A DNA stretch of 26,476 nt from a virus (taxonomy: Duplodnaviria > Caudoviricetes): the IMG/VR virus record IMGVR_UViG_3300010289_000004, positions 1 through 26,476 of that record; one strand, 5' to 3'. The notes under the pieces were generated by a model. It was given only the letters and a program-made list of their open reading frames with translations, was not told the DNA's origin and searched no databases. Positions 26,354 through 26,476 of this stretch are shown here, one piece after another. Every line of letters begins with the position of its first letter. The stretch's first letter is position 1. The translations under genes and the position numbers were made by a program.

Positions 26354-26476
26354 TAAGGCCGTATAAGGCCGTATAAGGCCGTATAAGGCCGTATAAGGCC
26401 GTATAAGGCCGTATAAGGCCGTATAAGGCCGTATAAGGCCGTATAAGGCCGTATAAGGCCGTATAAGGCCGTATAA
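26354..26476. repeat. Perfect 10-bp tandem repeat (GTATAAGGCC)n, truncated by the window end
   Basis: 11 full copies at 26361-26470 plus partial copies on each side. In-phase degenerate units precede it (gtattaaacc 26311, ctataacccg 26341, ttttaaggcc 26351). Confidence 0.97.

Larger units (their letters stand above)
1..26476 (-). mobile_element. Tailed dsDNA phage (or prophage) genome segment: replication/modification genes followed by the head-assembly module
   Basis: Co-oriented terS-terL-portal-head morphogenesis-scaffold-major capsid gene order plus a primase-helicase. Dense single-strand coding with many ATGA overlaps. No host housekeeping genes or integrase seen. Confidence 0.97.

Noticed and set aside
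26354-26476. CRISPR array
   Set aside because: The 10-bp units are contiguous with no spacers, and no cas genes are present.
1-26476. Alternative genetic code, tRNA genes, introns/inteins, integrase
   Set aside because: Genes are full length and tightly packed under the standard code with all three stops in use. I saw no cloverleaf, intein motifs or recombinase by eye.

Overview
The window is a 26.5 kb fragment of a tailed dsDNA phage or prophage genome. Essentially all credible genes are on the minus strand. In transcription order (right to left) it carries: (1) a 10-bp tandem repeat at the window edge; (2) a primase-helicase; (3) a coupled putative DNA-modification locus with a ParB-like protein, a GT32-like glycosyltransferase (GT), a SET-domain methyltransferase, two T4 beta-glucosyltransferase-like GT-B proteins, a radical SAM/SPASM enzyme, a small Cys-rich protein and a large photolyase-like radical SAM enzyme; (4) small hypotheticals, a sliding-clamp-like protein and a DPPY amino-methyltransferase; (5) the head module: terS, terL, portal, head morphogenesis protein, scaffold, major capsid, putative cement and spike-base proteins, and a holin-like protein. 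An eight-gene glycan cassette (seven GTs plus a PIG-L/LmbE deacetylase) sits between portal and the head morphogenesis gene and is translationally coupled to the latter, suggesting virion glycosylation. Other oddities are deviant terminase catalytic motifs, a recurring R-[TVI]-P-[RK] terminal peptide motif, a 145-bp imperfect palindrome and a repeated intergenic motif. All family assignments come from motifs recognised by eye, and no searches were run.
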